Below, piece by piece: positions 1-12,097 of a stretch of 64,000 bases of DNA. Source of the stretch: Savitreella phatthalungensis. Taxonomy: Eukaryota. Below the pieces are notes generated by a model. It did no database searches. It worked only from the letters and a program-made list of their open reading frames with translations, and was not told the DNA's origin. Where the stretch lies: positions 806,001-870,000 of the forward strand of contig AP039689.1 in the NCBI GenBank assembly GCA_051599415.1, given 5' to 3'. Position 1 is the first letter of the stretch. Each line of letters begins with the position of its first letter. A program made the translations under genes and the position numbers.

Positions 1-1375
1 GGTACAGGCTGCCCTTGTTACCTAGTTGATCACTTTAGAGGGTCGCAATCAGACATCGCTTTGCAGGATGCATTTCAATTGTGGATGAGCGCATGACATC
101 TGATTGAGCAGCCAGGCCAAGTCACTGGCTGTTTTCCCAGCCAATATCTATCCGCTGCGTAGGTCTAACTAGCGAGCGTCAGAGTAAGCTGCAGTATGCA
201 CCTCCAACACAATGCCCGGTGACTTGATGCAGTAGATTCGATCAGTCCTGCAAAAGAGTTGACATCGTATACAGTCAGTCGATCAATCAGTATAATCGAA
301 ATGATTTAGTCAATGCATGATCGACAGAAAATCCCCGCTCGCATATTCTCCTATCACGGAAATCAAGTGAATCCCGGCCACTGCGCGCTTTCAAACAGAG
401 AGAGCTCCCAACAGTCTATGTAGTGAGGAACGAGGACGAAAATGCATCTTATGTACCAAGCATCATCATCTCTCCTCGGGAAGGATATAAGTGTGCACCT
501 GGGAAAATATTTACCTGTTCATCACGGTGTATGAGTTTACCTATACGTCATGCACCGACTTGATTTAGAAGTGGTGGTACCATACAGCATTTCCTGTCTT
601 ATGTCTTATCTGGAGGTCAATATATCACACTTGAATGATTCGAATGATTCAAGTATACCTGCACCCTGCAATGAAGAAATCTCCTGATATCAGGTCTCGA
701 GTCAGTCTCGAGTCAGTTCTCATACTCACGTGCATACTCCAATCTGCTAATATCCATATATGTCCATATCCAGCTGCAAGTCTCTCCAGAAATTCTTGTA
801 TCTGAATCAGCGGTTGTAGCCTCGGGAATTACACATTACAAAATAGCAGGAATATTAACTGCATGTATGGAGATTCCCCTTAGACGCGACGACGTGCATC
901 ACTCACTCGATCATCCGATCTACACCCTATAGTGCAGTGTTCGTCCTCATTGATAATCGACGCGTCCCTTGGTCATCAGCGCTGGGATATCACGCCATTG
1001 ACGCTCGAGCTTTTCAGAATCGGCAGCTCGACGAAGGTGACTCGCATTTACTCTGATATCAGGCCAATAGCATCTGCGCACGCGCCGTTCACTTGCACTG
1101 TCTCCGGATAAAGGCATCGTCTGACAAATCGTTACATTGATCCCTTCTCACAACACTATACACAATACAACGCACGTGGGAAGCTTTCCCATACTTGCAA
1201 CAGCCGCAAATCCGCGTCATTGTCTACTCCGAAGACTTGCTCACCTGCACCTCAACATCTGTCCGAAACCTTGAGTATTCCACAAGGTTTCACCGGTTCT
1301 CCTCTTTAAGCGCTGGTCCGCTTACGCTTACATCGACTCCAAGTCGATCCAAAGCTCACACAAACATAACCGAGC

Positions 1376-2764
1376 ATGGTCATGCTACCCAAGCGGCCGT
1401 TGCGGCTCTTAACCCTGGTAGCATTTGGCCTGATTGTTGTCCTCTTTCTCTGGAGCAATATCCGGCCGTCGCAGTCCTCGTCAACGAAATCAGGCAGACG
1501 GTACGGCTTCGACGTCAAGAAACTGCGCGACGAAGAAGGATGGGTGGAGTCGGACTTACTCGCAGAGGGCGTCGCCAATGTTATCGACGCTCGGAGAGAA
1601 CCAACTCAAAAGAAGTTTGACCTGCCCCAAGTCATCCATCGCACGTCGACGCAGGAAGTATCTGATCCAGCGACCATGTCGTGGTATTATGCCAATCCAG
1701 GAGAAATCCACTACCACTATAACGACCACAAGCAGCGTGCATACGTCCTCAAGCGCTTCCCGTTCAGAGTCGTCGAAGTGTACAAGCAGCTTCGAGATGC
1801 AACTGCACGTGCACATCTATTTCGATACCTGGTGATGCAGCGTGACGGCGGCGTCTATGCAGATGATGACACGACATGCCTGATGCCAATCACAAACTGG
1901 ATACCCTCAGGGATTCCATCGAAAGAGGTCGGAATCGTCGTCGGTATTGCAATCGATGAGAAGGACGTCAAGGACGATAAGAAGCTCCGTGACTGGGGTT
2001 ATGTCCAAAACTTCCAATTCGCCCATTGGACTTTCATGTCCCGGCCAGATCATCCCGTCTGGGCACAGGCTGTCGAGTACATGATCGATGGCCTGCTGCG
2101 AAGGGTGAGTGACGAAGGAAAGAAGGACATCTCCGATCTCGATTTCACATCACGCGAGGACTTGATGAAGGTCACCGGCGGTGTCCCGTTCACCCATGCC
2201 GTTCTCAATCATCTTGGCATCTACTCAAACGAGGCGCTCGACGCCAGCGGTCTCCGCGGCCTCAAACAACCCACCCTCTTCCACGACGTCCTCGTTCTAC
2301 CAACCTCTGCATTCGCCCCAAATCAGGAACACTCGGGCTCGCTCGGTGTAGAAACGTGGGAGAACCTACAGAAGATCCTGGTGATGCACGATCCACGCGC
2401 CCCGGCAGATTCCACCGACGACAGATACGCCTCGACGACCTCTGGTGCTGCCGGTGCGAACAAAGGTGAAGAAGGCGGGCGATCTTATGAGGGTGGTGCG
2501 ACGACGAGTGGTGGTGACACCACGAGCTCGCGTCCGCCGACAAAGGCTGCGGCGGGCTTAGCCCAGGCTGCCAAGAGCATTTTGAAGAACACGTCTAAAT
2601 CGTTCTCTGACGTTGCGACGCGTGCCAAAGAGAACGCCCAGAAACTGATGCAGGAAATGCGAGCCGGTGCACCCTCTTCCACCAATCCCAAACAACAATC
2701 ACAAGACCCACCACCAGACGACGACATGGAACGACGTGGCTACCAACACGTCCCGCGCATTTGA
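1376..2764 (+). CDS. Glycosyltransferase family 32 (OCH1-like alpha-1,6-mannosyltransferase), type II membrane protein
   Basis: 462-aa ORF with an N-terminal TM helix, ARAHLFRYLVM..GGVYADDDT (DxD-type motif), QFAHWTF..PDHP and a late DVLVLP..F motif typical of Och1/Hoc1. Confidence 0.85.
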   Translation: MVMLPKRPLRLLTLVAFGLIVVLFLWSNIRPSQSSSTKSGRRYGFDVKKLRDEEGWVESDLLAEGVANVIDARREPTQKKFDLPQVIHRTSTQEVSDPATMSWYYANPGEIHYHYNDHKQRAYVLKRFPFRVVEVYKQLRDATARAHLFRYLVMQRDGGVYADDDTTCLMPITNWIPSGIPSKEVGIVVGIAIDEKDVKDDKKLRDWGYVQNFQFAHWTFMSRPDHPVWAQAVEYMIDGLLRRVSDEGKKDISDLDFTSREDLMKVTGGVPFTHAVLNHLGIYSNEALDASGLRGLKQPTLFHDVLVLPTSAFAPNQEHSGSLGVETWENLQKILVMHDPRAPADSTDDRYASTTSGAAGANKGEEGGRSYEGGATTSGGDTTSSRPPTKAAAGLAQAAKSILKNTSKSFSDVATRAKENAQKLMQEMRAGAPSSTNPKQQSQDPPPDDDMERRGYQHVPRI

Positions 2765-2867
2765 CTCTGTACGAAGTAGACACACATCCACCCCTTGTTA
2801 CTACCTCGTTCGTGGACATGGTGTCCTAAAGCATGATTTAGATTTCTTCAAGTGAGAGTAACGTGAT

Positions 2868-4424
2868 CTATTGACGGGAGGCCGAAGCCCTCTGTGCATC
2901 GAGTTCAGGCCGATTAGTCTTCTCGAGCGACCTTGCGACCGCGTTGGCCGGATGCTGTGAAACATTCAAATCCATCTGTGCAGCAACGGCACTGCCAACC
3001 CCCTCTTCCTCATCGATACCCCGAGATCGGGGAGAGTCAGGCGGTGGGGCGTAGATGAGTTCAGGCATCGGCATACTGCCTACGCCATGGAGGGTCCTGT
3101 GGTCGTAGGAGTCTGGTGGTCTGTGTGACAAGGTGGGTGGTCCTGGTAGGAGGAGTGTATCGTCTGCTGTGTCGTGGACGGACTCGCGAAGACTTGCGCG
3201 AGAGCTGACGACGGCCACAGGCTGGGATGTCGAGGCTGCAGAGACCAGTCGCGCTCTCGCTTCCTCTTCAGCGATCCGACGTTGACGATCCTGGTCGTCA
3301 AGCATCGAGAGGCGGATGGCTTCGGCTAGTTGAGCCTCCTCGAAGGCCTCGATCGCACTCCGGCGTGAAACGCGGGGGCTGTCGCCGTTTCCGCTGTATT
3401 CTGAGCGGCGGCCTTCGAGCGCCTGCGCACGCCGCTCCTGGCGCTGCAGGTGTGCTGTGATCAGGGCGGCGTTGGCGGCTCGTCGAGCTGCGCGGTCTTT
3501 TGCACGCTGCAGCTTCGCCGACCAGTCAGGTCGGATATGGTCGATCAGGACAACGCGTGGATCGCTCGCAGACACGTCTCGCTCAGACGCCGGGATCGGG
3601 ACGAATCCTCGCGCCCTCGAAAAGTCAGGCTGTGTGTAGATGACGCCAAAGTCAGTCTCGTTGCAATAAGGACATACTGGCGCCTCCATGACCAGCGTGT
3701 CTGGGTTCTCGTTCTGTGCGTCTGGGTTGACTTCGTCTGCATGCACGATCGGGGGATGTGGGTTAGGCCGCTTGATCTGGACAAAGCACTCTGTACAGAT
3801 AGGCTGCCTGCAGCACCGTGTCGTCGCGATGTTGCTCGGGTAGTATAGAAAGCAGATTGGACATTCAACCGAATTTTTGTACAGCATGACGCCGAACGGC
3901 ACCCGCGGACGCTGGACCCGGTGGATGTTTGAGGATGAGTCCATCGTGACCGCGCGAGGTCTACGCGGCGCTCCACCTCCTGCGGCTGCAGCAGCACTAG
4001 CTGATGATCCCGAGCTATTCTGCTGTTGCGTCTCGATAAAGGACGAAGGTCTGGATGGAGAGGACGCAGTTGAGGTCTGCTGCGACCCTTGTGCGCTTCT
4101 CGTGACTCCGCTTGGGTCATTTATCGAGGTCAGGAGTGCGTTGTTGTAGGGTGTCGCTGGTAGCTGCCTTCGCAGGTTCTCGAGCAGTTGCTGATCCGTC
4201 CAGTCTTCCTCGAAGTCGTCCAGGCCTTTGTAGTAAGGCGCCAATCTCCTAGCAAGCTGCTGCGACCGCACGATACTGCGTTTCCAGTCGTGCGCGCCAG
4301 TGTATACTCCATTCTCGAGCTTTAATGCGCCCCCATCGATGTGTGTGATTTGCTCGTCAGGTGAGCGCTGGGAGCTGCTGCCACTACCGCCGCCACCAGC
4401 AGTGGACGATTGACCCTGGCCCAT
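2868..4424 (-). CDS. SIP5: Sip5-like protein (RING-like domain, N-myristoylation motif)
   Basis: MGQGQS start, RRLAPYYKGL, ECPICFLYYP..TRCCRQPICTECFVQIKR, CPYC..FGV, and UIM-like LAEAIRLS. Confidence 0.85.
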   Translation of the reverse strand: MGQGQSSTAGGGGSGSSSQRSPDEQITHIDGGALKLENGVYTGAHDWKRSIVRSQQLARRLAPYYKGLDDFEEDWTDQQLLENLRRQLPATPYNNALLTSINDPSGVTRSAQGSQQTSTASSPSRPSSFIETQQQNSSGSSASAAAAAGGGAPRRPRAVTMDSSSNIHRVQRPRVPFGVMLYKNSVECPICFLYYPSNIATTRCCRQPICTECFVQIKRPNPHPPIVHADEVNPDAQNENPDTLVMEAPVCPYCNETDFGVIYTQPDFSRARGFVPIPASERDVSASDPRVVLIDHIRPDWSAKLQRAKDRAARRAANAALITAHLQRQERRAQALEGRRSEYSGNGDSPRVSRRSAIEAFEEAQLAEAIRLSMLDDQDRQRRIAEEEARARLVSAASTSQPVAVVSSRASLRESVHDTADDTLLLPGPPTLSHRPPDSYDHRTLHGVGSMPMPELIYAPPPDSPRSRGIDEEEGVGSAVAAQMDLNVSQHPANAVARSLEKTNRPELDAQRASASRQ

Positions 4425-5227
4425 GCTGAGCGACCAAGTGTCTAGTCTTCAATGTCGGCGGGGACGTTTGTGTATAGCTGTTGACAGAGGGGAGCGCCAG
4501 TCGGGTAGTAAGATCCGTGAGCTCCGTAGCTTGCTGTCCTCTAGCAGCGCATCTCCTCTACAGACTTAAAAAGCAATACAAGATAACCTGTCGATGCGCA
4601 AGGCGGATACTCGAACTCAGAAGCGTCAGAAGTCGTGTTGCTGCTGATGATCAGGTAGGCGATTGAGTGGCTTGGTTGAGATCTTGGGTTGTCTTGGGAC
4701 TGGACTTCTTGGCTTCGGATGATTTACTGTATTGCACGCACATGCACATGATCTCGAAACAACTCGGTCTGATTCGGTAAATTCTGCAGCACAAAAAGCA
4801 TGCCTGGACAGCCTTCTAGCCGAACACATCAGCACTCGCTTGATGTTGTTGAGAGGTTCGCGTCCGGCATTGTTAGGGTCAAAGATGCTGATGTGCGTGT
4901 ATCGAAGATGCTTTGCAGTGAACCGATCGATTGTCCAGCTGCAGGGCGTCTCGTTGACTCACCTCTCGCCCTACCATGACGATTGTCGTGACACTCTTGA
5001 TGTGACGGCGATGCAGACGCTGCCAGTGACGAAGACAAAAGGTAACAATTGACGATCGATTCCGACTGAGGGCGCAAAGCCGTTCTCGGCTTGACGTTAA
5101 TTATCTTTGCACACAATAACTGTTTCCGAGGCTCTGCTCTGCCACGCCGTTCATCCATCGTACAAGTTGTTCCACTTACTAACATGCTATCGCTAGTGTC
5201 CATGTTTCGTAATCATCTTATTCGTCA

Positions 5228-8179
5228 TCATTCATAATCGTCATCGTCGTCATCATCATCAACGATCCTCCTTCTCCTGACCCTCGCTGTTGCACTTACC
5301 CGCGTATGTGTGGCTGTCGTATGCTGCATACCGGTCACTGTCGGCGGGGTCGGTCTGCGATGAACTCCAAGAACGGGATCAGGTAGCTCGTCATCAGACC
5401 CGTCGTCCTCTAGCAACGCTGCGTCGACCTTCGCTCTGCCTGCATGCTGCCTTTCGAATCTGTCAATTGTCCTCTGAGAAGCGTCTCCCAAAAGATCATC
5501 CTCGATTTCATCCTTCGCTGTCGATTGGCATCCGTGTGCCGGCACTTGCGTCGGCAAGTCGACACTGCTGTCACTACTGCGGCCGCTGCTTGTGCCCGTA
5601 ACATCTGCTTTGCCATGGATCAGATCGAGCGCTGAACGACCGCGCGAGACTCTACCTCTCACATTTTCGAGTGGCGAAGGCTGTGTGAGGCTGGTGTGTT
5701 GCTGCTGATGCTGCGTGCTGACCAGTGGCGGCCGCATGATCGGCACTTGGGAGGGCTTGGTGTTTTGGAGAGCACCGGAGGAAGCGCTGGAGTCGAAGAC
5801 GCCACCATCTACAGCGTCTGTGATCTGCCGCCATCGGTCGGTACGCTGGGCGAGAGCTCCCTTGATCCAGCCATCCCGGACCATAGCGATGAGGGAGCGC
5901 GTGCTCTCGCTGTGAGGTACATTGACGGTTCTTGTTAAGGCTCGCGCTTCCCGAACACTCGCAAACACGCTCTCCGTGCGATCTGCAGACGGCGCACTAC
6001 CTGTCTCCTGGCCAATCGCATACCTGTACTCGAGCTCAATCTGCTCGTCCTTCGTCAGCAAGCCTTCCTCCCTGGATGCCGACAGATCACAGATCCTGTC
6101 GTCGTAGTTGATGCGCTTTCGACGTTTGTAGGGGTTTTCTCTCTGGATGTCTTCATCTTTGAGCGCTCCGGCGGAAACAAAACCCTGAAAAGCACCTTTC
6201 GGGATGTCCGCTGCACTGGCTCGTTTTGTAACTCTCTTCCGCTTTGCGGCAGTGACAGTCAGCTCCCGATCGCTTTTCTTGTCATCCGAAGGTACTTCGA
6301 GCAGGCGCTTCTGACACTCCGGCTTGATTGTCCATGGTATGATCCGCTTGACGTCGTCTGAGAGCTTGATATCGACGCCCTGCTCGATCTTGGACGACAT
6401 GACTCGATGGCTGTCCTTTGCCTTTATCCATGCATTCTCCTCCTTGCCACGGCAACAGAGGATGAACACTTTGCCATCGCGCTTCCTGCCAGTTCGGCCC
6501 ATGCGCTGGAGCATGCGTGCGGGTGAAGAGCTCGTGTCATAGCAAATGATTAGGTCAATCTCGCCAATATCCAATCCTTCCTCGCCGACAGATGTGGCAA
6601 CGATAACGTTGTATTTGCCCTGCTTGAACTGTGCAATTGTCGCTTTCTGTTCTTTCTGGGTCATCCCAGATTCCTTGGCGCCGCTACTGCCTTTGCCCTG
6701 ACCGAAAAAGGGTGTGGGACGAATGAGCGGTGCGTGTTGCTTGAGAATGGCGAGAATGGCGTCTGCACTGACTCGAAGAGAGGTGAAGACCATGGCACGG
6801 GTGCCTTTCTCTCCAGCATCTTCTGCCTGAGAAAAATGGTTCAGCAGTACAGCAGATAGCTTGTCGAGCTTTGGGTGTCCGTAGTAGCCTGGGTCGCTCG
6901 TCAGCCGACGCATCTCGCGCAGCATATTGTGCCAGCCATCGTTGCCACGCACAGACGGTGGCAGTTTGCTTCTTCCGGCTGCACTCCCTGCCTCATCGAG
7001 TTCCGTCATCATCGTCAGGAATGGTCGTACCCCGTGCTCATTCAGCATCGTCATCCCATGGGCCAGCGTACTGAGATATGCTCCTGTATTGTAGACAATG
7101 CCAAGGTTCGGACCATTCCTGGCTGTCATGTTCCGCCATCGATCACAGGCAGATTTGACGGCAAAGACGCTAAGCTTGGCGGGATCGCCAGACATACCAA
7201 CGCCAATCGATAACAATTTCTGCAATAGCGGACGCATGAGCGCCGATAGTTGTTCCTGTAGCTGGAGCATGTCGGGAGGCAGATCGAGCACAACGGTGTC
7301 CACATCTTTTCCATGCACGTACTGGCGAATATCGATCGAGGCGTCGTTGCGGATCTCAATTCTGGAGATGTGGAGACTGTCGACGACTTCTTGCACGATC
7401 TCGACGGTCTTGCCGGGCGTGGCTGTGAGGGCCAAAATGCGGAAGCTGTCGTGCTGCTCACGAATGAGACTTACGCAGTTGACATATGCGTAATTGCCGG
7501 TCGCGTGATGTGCCTCGTCAACAACCACGCAGCTGATGTCTCTCGGTTCGATGATGCCTTTTCTGAGGTCGTTCTCGAATGTTTGTGGGGTCATGAAGAA
7601 GACGCGGCGCTGCCTGTACGCTGCTTCACGCTTTGCCACATCGATACTGCCAGTCATCTCTGCCATGTCTCTGGCTGGGATGCCGCAAATAGAATAGCAG
7701 GCGTCAATCTGTTGGCCAACGAGGGGCTTTGTGGGCGCGAGGAAGAATAGTTTTGATCTGGGCGCCCAGCGATACCAGTTGTACATGACCACTGCTGCGA
7801 TAAAGGTCTTGCCAAGACCTGTGGGCAGAGCGATAAGGAGATTTGTGTACAGCGCGCTCTGAATCATGTTAAATTGATAGTCACGCTGTGAAAAGTTTGT
7901 CGGGTAGACCCACGTCTTGATAGCTTCGAGATCGAGGTCGTGGTGTGTGGGCGGCTCATTACGGTCTTTTCGCTGGATCCGGGGCGTGTAGATGGCTGTT
8001 CCTGGTGACTTGTGCACATGGGCAGCTACACGAGTGCCGTAGAGCGTGCGCTGCTGCAATGCGCCAGTTCGTGATGGTGTTTGCGCTGCTGCAAGTGCTG
8101 CGGCCTCTTGAAGCTCTGACTCATCCCAGTCCCCGCCATATTCATCCTCGTCCCCATTCTGACACGCCGACGTGGGCAT
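5228..8179 (-). CDS. MPH1: FANCM/Mph1/Fml1 DEAH-box DNA helicase
   Basis: TWVYPTN..RDYQ, LPTGLGKT, DEAH, ALTATPG, ATSVGEEGLDIGE, QRMGRTGR. Confidence 0.95.
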   Translation of the reverse strand: MPTSACQNGDEDEYGGDWDESELQEAAALAAAQTPSRTGALQQRTLYGTRVAAHVHKSPGTAIYTPRIQRKDRNEPPTHHDLDLEAIKTWVYPTNFSQRDYQFNMIQSALYTNLLIALPTGLGKTFIAAVVMYNWYRWAPRSKLFFLAPTKPLVGQQIDACYSICGIPARDMAEMTGSIDVAKREAAYRQRRVFFMTPQTFENDLRKGIIEPRDISCVVVDEAHHATGNYAYVNCVSLIREQHDSFRILALTATPGKTVEIVQEVVDSLHISRIEIRNDASIDIRQYVHGKDVDTVVLDLPPDMLQLQEQLSALMRPLLQKLLSIGVGMSGDPAKLSVFAVKSACDRWRNMTARNGPNLGIVYNTGAYLSTLAHGMTMLNEHGVRPFLTMMTELDEAGSAAGRSKLPPSVRGNDGWHNMLREMRRLTSDPGYYGHPKLDKLSAVLLNHFSQAEDAGEKGTRAMVFTSLRVSADAILAILKQHAPLIRPTPFFGQGKGSSGAKESGMTQKEQKATIAQFKQGKYNVIVATSVGEEGLDIGEIDLIICYDTSSSPARMLQRMGRTGRKRDGKVFILCCRGKEENAWIKAKDSHRVMSSKIEQGVDIKLSDDVKRIIPWTIKPECQKRLLEVPSDDKKSDRELTVTAAKRKRVTKRASAADIPKGAFQGFVSAGALKDEDIQRENPYKRRKRINYDDRICDLSASREEGLLTKDEQIELEYRYAIGQETGSAPSADRTESVFASVREARALTRTVNVPHSESTRSLIAMVRDGWIKGALAQRTDRWRQITDAVDGGVFDSSASSGALQNTKPSQVPIMRPPLVSTQHQQQHTSLTQPSPLENVRGRVSRGRSALDLIHGKADVTGTSSGRSSDSSVDLPTQVPAHGCQSTAKDEIEDDLLGDASQRTIDRFERQHAGRAKVDAALLEDDGSDDELPDPVLGVHRRPTPPTVTGMQHTTATHTRVSATARVRRRRIVDDDDDDDDYE

Positions 8180-8307
8180 CAGTATTCGTGGCTGCGGTGA
8201 TGGCCGGTACTCTCCTAGGATCAGCTGGGCATGATGATCGTTTCAGAATGCTGGACTAGGCAGGGGAAGGAGGCATAGGACGCAGATTGAGGAGTTGGCG
8301 TGTCAAG

Positions 8308-8313
8308 ACGCGT
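8308..8313. promoter_or_regulatory. MCB element (ACGCGT) upstream of MPH1
   Basis: Exact ACGCGT about 130 bp upstream of the ATG of a DNA-repair gene; single copy, so function is inferred. Confidence 0.35.
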
Positions 8314-8372
8314 CTATACGTACCTCTTATTGCCACAGCTGTGACGTTGACAGTATGATCCCCGTTGAGCTG

Positions 8373-8452
8373 CACGTGCTTATGGACATTTGATATCGTG
8401 TTCACGTGACTTTAATTCACGTGCTGTCGTCGTTGAGCGATGATGGCACGTG
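8373..8452. promoter_or_regulatory. Cluster of four CACGTG E-boxes in the MPH1 / ubiquitin-eL40 divergent promoter
   Basis: CACGTG at 8373, 8403, 8418 and 8447. Confidence 0.6.
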
Positions 8453-8658
8453 TCTACAAATACCCAACTTGGAGATGTACACCCGGGTGCGTGACTGGTG
8501 AAAAATGGCAGTCTCACGAGCATTTTCATCCTTGTCAGATTGAAATTCCTACTTCATCTTACAAAAAAGTAACAATTTTCTCACCAACCCTATGCTCATC
8601 TCTCTCTCGTCTCTCTTTCACTCACTCTCTCTCAGCACTGCACAGGTGACCTGCCTGT

Positions 8659-8710
8659 ACGCACGCACGCAATCAACCAACCAAGCAAGCAAGCAGGCAA
8701 GCAGGCAAGC
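8659..8710 (+). repeat. Compound tetranucleotide repeat (ACGC/CAAC/CAAG/CAGG)
   Basis: acgcacgcacgcaatcaaccaaccaagcaagcaagcaggcaagcaggcaagc. Confidence 0.8.
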
Positions 8711-8883
8711 TCACCACCTCTCCCTCGCAACCTAGCCCAGGTCGGCCGCTGTGTACTCTCGCTCTCTGGCAGTCCGGGACTAACCAACGGTGTGCTCTAC
8801 CGTCCTCCCGACCTGGTCTACAAGTCAAAGTACTTACTCACAATCACGCTCTTCAGAGTCACGACAAGGACATTCTCGCTACG

Positions 8884-9714
<831 letters not shown>

Positions 9715-9912
9715 ACGTCTCGTTTGCTTCCTCGCCAACGACGACATACTCTTTTGCACGACAAGGGTTCTATTGTTCCTTTCATCGACCCTTCACACGC
9801 AAAGGAGACTCCTGCACGAATATCATCCGTTCACGAACACAAGTTTTCCTGCCCCGCAATCTCTTGTTCTGCCTCGCTATGTCATTTTCTGTGTAATCAC
9901 CAACGCGGTTCT

Positions 9913-10761
9913 TCATTCATGCCCGCGAAAGGCCTCGACTACATGCTGCGAACTAGACGTGAAGCCGAAGATGCGCGCGTTGTCGAGACATCCCTGATGC
10001 GTGCCTTCCTTGCTAGTCGTGGCAACGCAGTCTTCAAGCATGATGGTGTCGTATCCGAGACAGTGGGCATCAATCAAAGTGCCCATGACGCACTGATCAC
10101 TGTTGACCCCGCAGAACAGTAAGGTGGTGATGCCCTTGGAACGAAGAACACTATCGAGCGCCGTGTGCCAGAACCCACTCACCCTCACCTTGTCCACCCA
10201 CACATCCCTCTTGCGATCCCACTCGCCATCAAGCTCCCCATACAATGCAGCCGACCAGGATCCCCGGACTAGCAGCCGTCCAAGCCCATTCGGGAGCTCT
10301 GCGCCGAAGCCGACGTAGATCCCAGGAGTCATATCATCTCTTGCTCTCACGCGGTGGAAACTCCTGAGCACTGCCGGCGGCATCTCCTCCAGCCCCTCTG
10401 ACACTCCCCAATTACACCAGACCACACTCCCACCTGCATCCCTGACAGCTCGTGTGGCCCTCACGATGCTAGGACACAGTCGTCGCCCACCATCACCACG
10501 CCCGAGTTCCTTAGCGAGGAAGTAGTTTTGCATATCGACAACGACGACCGCTGTCGTCTGTGGGCACATCGTCACCGATTGCGGTCTCTCATCGACTGTC
10601 GCGTTCACCTGGAGTCGGGCGCCCGTCCCGACACGACCCCTTGTCAGATCAAAGTGGCCATCTCCCGGTGTCCACTGCCATGAATTCCCACCACTACCAA
10701 ATGTCACGACCTCCTGAACCTCATCCACCACGACGTGACCACTACCAGTCACATCTGTCAT
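9913..10761 (-). CDS. Isochorismatase-like cysteine hydrolase
   Basis: VVVDMQNYF, DKVRVSGFW, TLLFCGVNSDQCV (Asp-Lys-Cys triad), GYDTIMLEDC. Confidence 0.9.
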   Translation of the reverse strand: MTDVTGSGHVVVDEVQEVVTFGSGGNSWQWTPGDGHFDLTRGRVGTGARLQVNATVDERPQSVTMCPQTTAVVVVDMQNYFLAKELGRGDGGRRLCPSIVRATRAVRDAGGSVVWCNWGVSEGLEEMPPAVLRSFHRVRARDDMTPGIYVGFGAELPNGLGRLLVRGSWSAALYGELDGEWDRKRDVWVDKVRVSGFWHTALDSVLRSKGITTLLFCGVNSDQCVMGTLIDAHCLGYDTIMLEDCVATTSKEGTHQGCLDNARIFGFTSSSQHVVEAFRGHE

Positions 10762-10968
10762 GTCCAGGACTCTTCAGCAAACACTTGCTCGCTCGCTTTT
10801 CTCCACACTCCTGTTGTCATGCAGGCCTGCGTTGAGTTTCCCCATTGGGCGATGCAATGCCAAATCGACCCAACCCAGACTTCGTTACTCACCTACACAG
10901 CCATCCATAACACATAAAAAGGAAGAGAAAAAAAAAGAGATTACTCACGACCACCACCTCTCTCTACC

Positions 10969-11946
10969 ATGACGACCCTCGTAGTCCTGGGATGCGGGAC
11001 GATGGGCCGCAGTATCCTGACTGGTATTTTCGAGTGGCTTCGTGAGTCCAAATCCGGGTCAACGACCCCACCACCCACATCCGAAATCCCGATGCCGACG
11101 CGGTTCATCGCGTTTGTGAGATCGCGCGCTACGGCCGACCGCCTGTCGAGTGAGTTTGCAAGTGCCGGGTACACGTCCGAGTTTGAGGTTGAGGTCTTGC
11201 ACGGTGGGAGTGATCGGATGTGTAGGGTTGTGGAGCAGGGTGACGTTGTGCTGCTGGGGACTAAGCCTCAGGTTGCCAAGTCGCTGTTTGGTGAGGAGAC
11301 CGGGCTGCGGTCCGCGTTGAAGAACAAGCTGCTCATCTCCATCCTCGCAGGCACCACAATCGCGCAACTCGAGGCCTGGGCACTCCCGTCAACACGCATC
11401 GTCAGGGTCATGCCAAACACCCCATCCCGCATCCGACAGGGAATGTCAGTCGTCGTGCCCTCACCACGTCTAGAGGAACTCTCGAGGCCGGCGACGCCAG
11501 CAGCCTCAGGGATACTGCCGCCGAAGGCGAATGGCGTCTCGGGTTCGGAAGGACGGCCGCTCAGTGGGTTGGAGACTGTGAGGTGGATGTTTGATGCGGT
11601 AGGGAGGACGCTGGTGTTGGATGAGAAGCATATGGATGCTGCGACTGCGCTGTGTGGGAGTGGGCCTGCGTTTATGGCTGTGATATTGGAGTCGATGACT
11701 GACGGTGGGGTGATGATGGGGTTGCCGAGGGCGGACGCTCAGTTGCTCGCTGCTCAGACGATGAAAGGTACAGCAGACCTCGTCCTCACCTCCAACCAGC
11801 ACCCGGCGGTCATCAGGTCAGCTGTAGCAACCCCTGGAGGCTGCACCATCGGTGGGTTGCTCGAGATGGAGGACGGCAAGGTGAGAAGTACGGTGGCTAG
11901 GACCATCCAGGTCGCCACACAGATCGCTTCAGGTCTGGGCAAGTAA
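10969..11946 (+). CDS. PRO3: Pyrroline-5-carboxylate reductase
   Basis: LGCGTMG Rossmann motif, LISILAG, RVMPNTP, ATALCGSGPAF, VATPGGCTIGGL. Confidence 0.95.
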   Translation: MTTLVVLGCGTMGRSILTGIFEWLRESKSGSTTPPPTSEIPMPTRFIAFVRSRATADRLSSEFASAGYTSEFEVEVLHGGSDRMCRVVEQGDVVLLGTKPQVAKSLFGEETGLRSALKNKLLISILAGTTIAQLEAWALPSTRIVRVMPNTPSRIRQGMSVVVPSPRLEELSRPATPAASGILPPKANGVSGSEGRPLSGLETVRWMFDAVGRTLVLDEKHMDAATALCGSGPAFMAVILESMTDGGVMMGLPRADAQLLAAQTMKGTADLVLTSNQHPAVIRSAVATPGGCTIGGLLEMEDGKVRSTVARTIQVATQIASGLGK

Positions 11947-12097
11947 ATATTACGTAGACGGCACACAGCCATGTCGCGTTCGGCATTGGTGATATGATGA
12001 CAGAGAGATTAGTCTGACTACATAAGGTACGATATTGCAGTGTGTGTGATTGACGTCTGGTGTATTTGTGAAATGTTTCGTTGACACAAGAGCGGCT

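Noticed and set aside
694..716. Tandem GTCTCGAGTCA repeat containing two GAGTCA (Gcn4-like) sites
   Set aside because: It is only a two-copy short repeat far from the nearest start, which is compatible with chance.
8646..8824. Possible 5' UTR intron of ubiquitin-eL40 (GACTAAC at 8778)
   Set aside because: The donor GTGACC is weak and the first AG is about 40 nt from the branch point, unlike other introns here.
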